Made by a program: the position numbers and the translations under genes. The notes under the pieces were generated by a model, which saw only the letters and a program-made list of their open reading frames with translations, was not told the origin of the DNA and did no database searches. From Candidatus Latescibacterota bacterium (GTDB taxonomy: Bacteria; Latescibacterota; UBA2968; UBA8231), in assembly GCA_965217585.1 (NCBI GenBank), contig OZ244561.1:3840001-3904000 (forward strand): a stretch of DNA of 64,000 bases. The letters are read 5' to 3'. Position 1 is the stretch's first letter. Every line of letters starts with the position of its first letter. Below, piece by piece: positions 61,093 through 64,000 of the stretch.

Positions 61093-62040
61093 TTGGACCT
61101 GCAGCTAAGAGCAACGCGCGCATTCATTGAGGCAGAAGACGATTTCCTGCTGACGACCCACGTCAACAGCGACGCCGACGGCCTAGGCGCCTGCATGGCT
61201 TGGGCCCACCTGCTGCGGGGCCTCGGCAAGCGCGCTGACATCGGCTTGCCCGAGCCACCGGCTGGCCAATGCTCCTTTCTCGTCGGCTGGGACGGTGTGC
61301 GCCACTTCGCCGACCTCGACTTGACCCGCTACCGCTGCGCCATTGTCGCCGACTGCCCCTCCCTCGACCGCATCGGTCCGGTGCTCCCAAGTCTCAGCCC
61401 CGACATCCGTCTCCTCAACATCGATCACCACCGAGGCAATGAGTGCTTCGGCGCGGTGAATATCGTGGAGGAAATAAGCTCGACCTGCGAGCTCCTCTAC
61501 CATCTCGCCATTGGCCTTGGCCATGAGGTCGATGCCGTCGCGGCCGACCAGCTCTATGCGGGGATTCTCTTCGATACCGGCGGCTTTCGCTTCTCGCTAA
61601 CGACGGCTACCACCTTTGAAGTAGCAGCCGATCTAGTGCGGCGCGGCGCGCGTCTCGACGTCATCGCCGAGGGTGTCTTCGGCAACAAGAGTCTCGGCTC
61701 GGTCAAACAACGCGGCCAAGCCATTGAGAGCTTGGTGCTGCGCCTCGGGGGCCGAGTGGCGGTGCTCTATCTCGACCGCGAGGCCATGGGCGCGGGCGAG
61801 CCTGACGAGGTAGTCAACTACGGCCTGATGATCAGAGGCGTCGAAGTGGCCTTGCTGCTCAAGGAACGCGCGCCCGGATGCTACCGCATCAGCCTGCGCT
61901 CCCGCGAGGTCGACGTCAGCCAAGTCGCTGGCACCTTTGGCGGCGGCGGCCACGCCCGCGCCGCCGGGCTGGAACTAACGGGTGCGCCCCAAGATATCGT
62001 TGAGAGCATACTAACCGAAATCGGTCGCCATTTGAATTAG
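61093..62040 (+). CDS. nrnA: DHH family oligoribonuclease/PAP phosphatase
   Basis: H...DAD, NIDHH, SSTCE, DTGGF, SLRS, FGGGGHARAAG. Confidence 0.88.
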   Translation: MDLQLRATRAFIEAEDDFLLTTHVNSDADGLGACMAWAHLLRGLGKRADIGLPEPPAGQCSFLVGWDGVRHFADLDLTRYRCAIVADCPSLDRIGPVLPSLSPDIRLLNIDHHRGNECFGAVNIVEEISSTCELLYHLAIGLGHEVDAVAADQLYAGILFDTGGFRFSLTTATTFEVAADLVRRGARLDVIAEGVFGNKSLGSVKQRGQAIESLVLRLGGRVAVLYLDREAMGAGEPDEVVNYGLMIRGVEVALLLKERAPGCYRISLRSREVDVSQVAGTFGGGGHARAAGLELTGAPQDIVESILTEIGRHLN

Positions 62041-62130
62041 TAATAATTATTCTTGATTGTAAATTTTATTTATTATAATATGATTTTTACCACAAAAAGA
62101 GCAATAAAGTAAAGTAAGGAAGACGTTCCA
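62041..62130 (+). promoter_or_regulatory. Very AT-rich upstream region of argF with a TATAAT box
   Basis: Almost G/C-free stretch in a GC-rich genome; TATAAT at 62074-62079. Confidence 0.5.
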
Positions 62131-63048
62131 TTGCATTTAATTACCCTAAAGGATTGGTCCCCAGCCGACGTGCAGCAAGCTGTAGAGCTCGGCCTCGCCG
62201 TCAAGGCCACTCCGCAGCACTACGCCGACGCCCTCTCTGGACGCACGGTGGTTCTGCTCTTCCAGAAGACTTCGACCCGCACCCGCTGCGCCGGCGAGAT
62301 CGGCACCGTCCAGCTAGGCGGCCACGCCCTCTACTTGAACTGGCTGGATACCAACTTCGGCCTAGCCGACTTAGGCGACGAGTTCCGCGTACTCTCCGGC
62401 TACTCCGATTTCATCGTCGCCCGCCTGCTCGAACACGCCGATGTGCGCCGCGCCGCCGCCGCCTCGCAGGTGCCGCTGATAAACGGCTGCTGCAACCGCT
62501 ACCACCCCTTACAGGCGTTGACCGACTTGATGACCCTACAGGAGACTTTCGGGCGGCTCGAAGGGGTGCGGCTGACATACGTCGGGGTGCTCAACAACGT
62601 CGCCAACTCGCTCATTGCCGCCGGCGTCAAAGTGGGCATGCACGTCACTTGCGTCTGCCCGGAGATCAACGCCGCTGCACGCGACGACGGACTCTACGCC
62701 GAAGCCAAGCGCTTGGGACTCTACGAGCACACCGAGGAACTGCATCCGGCGCTAGCAAAGTCTGACGTCGTGTACACTGACACTTGGATCGACATGGAGT
62801 TTTTTGCCGACCCCAAGTTCGCTCGCGAAAAGGAGCGCCGGGTCCAGACCTTTCAGCCCTATCAGCTCAGCCGCGAGTTGCTCGCGGGCCTAGACCTGAA
62901 AATCTTGCACTGCCTCCCCGCCCACCACGGCTATGAGATCGAAGGCGCGCTCTTGCACGACGAGCGTTCGCTGATCTTCACTCAAGCCGAAAACCGCCTG
63001 CACAGCCAGAAGGCCGTGCTGCTCAAGCTGGCGAATGCCCTCGCCTGA
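62131..63048 (+). CDS. argF: Ornithine carbamoyltransferase
   Basis: FQKTSTRTR, HPLQALTD, NNVANS, YTDTW, HCLPA, QAENR. Confidence 0.88.
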   Translation: MHLITLKDWSPADVQQAVELGLAVKATPQHYADALSGRTVVLLFQKTSTRTRCAGEIGTVQLGGHALYLNWLDTNFGLADLGDEFRVLSGYSDFIVARLLEHADVRRAAAASQVPLINGCCNRYHPLQALTDLMTLQETFGRLEGVRLTYVGVLNNVANSLIAAGVKVGMHVTCVCPEINAAARDDGLYAEAKRLGLYEHTEELHPALAKSDVVYTDTWIDMEFFADPKFAREKERRVQTFQPYQLSRELLAGLDLKILHCLPAHHGYEIEGALLHDERSLIFTQAENRLHSQKAVLLKLANALA

Positions 63049-63160
63049 GAGCGAGGAGCATCTCGTCGCGCAAGATTCGCCGCAGAAGATCCCTGTCTCA
63101 GGCTCTATAACACTCAAGCCCCACTGACATTGGCGTACTCATAAGCTGTGGTAGCACTAA

Positions 63161-63190
63161 TTGCCAAAGTGCGTACCATCGGTTTATAAT
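63161..63190 (+). promoter_or_regulatory. Sigma70-type promoter
   Basis: TTGCCA-18 nt-TATAAT upstream of the last gene. Confidence 0.45.
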
Positions 63191-63292
63191 TTGCTTAGGA
63201 TGGTCGTTGACAAACCTTTGCCTTGCATCGGCTTTTGTCATATATCCTAACAGGCGGTGCTTGCTATCGCATTTTCCCCAGCAGGGCTCGCT

Positions 63293-64000
63293 ATGCTAGC
63301 ACACGGTGATTCGCGTCCAAAGCTCGTCCTCTTCCTGCTGCTCCTGCTTTCCCCCTTCCAAGCCCCGGCTGAGATCAGGAACTGGCGAGTGGGCGACCAA
63401 GACCATCCTTGGAACCTCGTCCCGGTCTCCGGCCGCCTGACTTGGGGCCGCGGCTGGGCCGTCGAGATCCTCACCGACGACGACGGCGACGGACTCATCG
63501 ACGAAGACCCAGTCGAGCTTGTCGATTCGGACGGCGACGGACTTTTCAACGAAGACCCGCCTGATCCGCAGCTCGACTCGGACGGCGATGGGCAGCTCAA
63601 CGAGGACCCTCCCAATAAACTCGACGACGACGGCGACGGACTCATCGACGAAGACCCAGTCGAGGCATTCGACAGCGACTTGGACGGGCGCGTTGACGAG
63701 GACGGGCCCGATCCACAGCTCGACTCGGATGGAGACGGACGACTCAATGAAGACGGGCTGATGACCGATGGGGACGACGACCTGGACGGTCGCACCGACG
63801 AAGACCCATATAATGGCACCGACGACGACGGCGACGGACTCATCGACGAAGACGGGCCGCGGCTGCGCGACCCCGACGGGGTCGCGACTTGGCTGCGGCC
63901 CATCGAACTCAACGAGCGCCGCAATCTAGCCATCCTGCTCAACGAGCGCTATCTACAAGGGGAATTCGGCGGCGTGGGGCCGGACGGCAGGTTACTCAGC
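63293..64000 (+). CDS. Secreted protein with acidic DxDGDGxx(D/N)ED repeats (partial, runs off window end)
   Basis: Manual translation MLAHGDSRPKLVLFLLLLLSPFQAPAEIRNWRVG...DDDGDGLIDEDP... eight repeats; no stop seen; alternative GTG start at 63257. Confidence 0.8.
   Translation, partial: MLAHGDSRPKLVLFLLLLLSPFQAPAEIRNWRVGDQDHPWNLVPVSGRLTWGRGWAVEILTDDDGDGLIDEDPVELVDSDGDGLFNEDPPDPQLDSDGDGQLNEDPPNKLDDDGDGLIDEDPVEAFDSDLDGRVDEDGPDPQLDSDGDGRLNEDGLMTDGDDDLDGRTDEDPYNGTDDDGDGLIDEDGPRLRDPDGVATWLRPIELNERRNLAILLNERYLQGEFGGVGPDGRLLS

Noticed and set aside
63247-63942. Ser/Pro-rich 231-aa minus-strand ORF
   Set aside because: Antisense shadow of the Asp/Gly-rich repeats on the plus strand

Overview
GC-rich bacterial chromosomal window, probably from an FCB-group organism such as Candidatus Latescibacterota, possibly a marine or sponge-associated one. 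That assignment is inferred from PorV-like genes, FlgD-Ig/T9SS-type domains, several PhyH dioxygenases, a WD40-dockerin protein and a short RpoD-type sigma factor. Bases ~1-24000 are accessory. They hold an AAA_14/DUF4143 ATPase coupled to a 1338-aa NACHT/STAND NTPase with a C-terminal nuclease-like domain, behind a near-perfect 18-bp-arm palindrome. They also hold a ~10 kb cluster of small-molecule enzymes, several with altered catalytic motifs, including a PhyH protein with the HxG halogenase-type motif. Three antitoxin-like genes sit beside truncated toxin remnants, along with a methyltransferase relic, a pentapeptide-repeat protein and a secreted WD40 protein with near-identical repeats. 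Bases ~24000-64000 are mostly housekeeping: S55 peptidase/propeller pair, ribD-ribE-ribBA-ribH-nusB, secA, purC, rhaB, a sigma factor, a PorV-like envelope cluster, tgt, yajC-fmt, tRNA-Ala(GGC), mfd, two PPIases, nrnA, argF and a partial acidic-repeat surface protein. All family calls come from motif recognition by eye; no searches were run.
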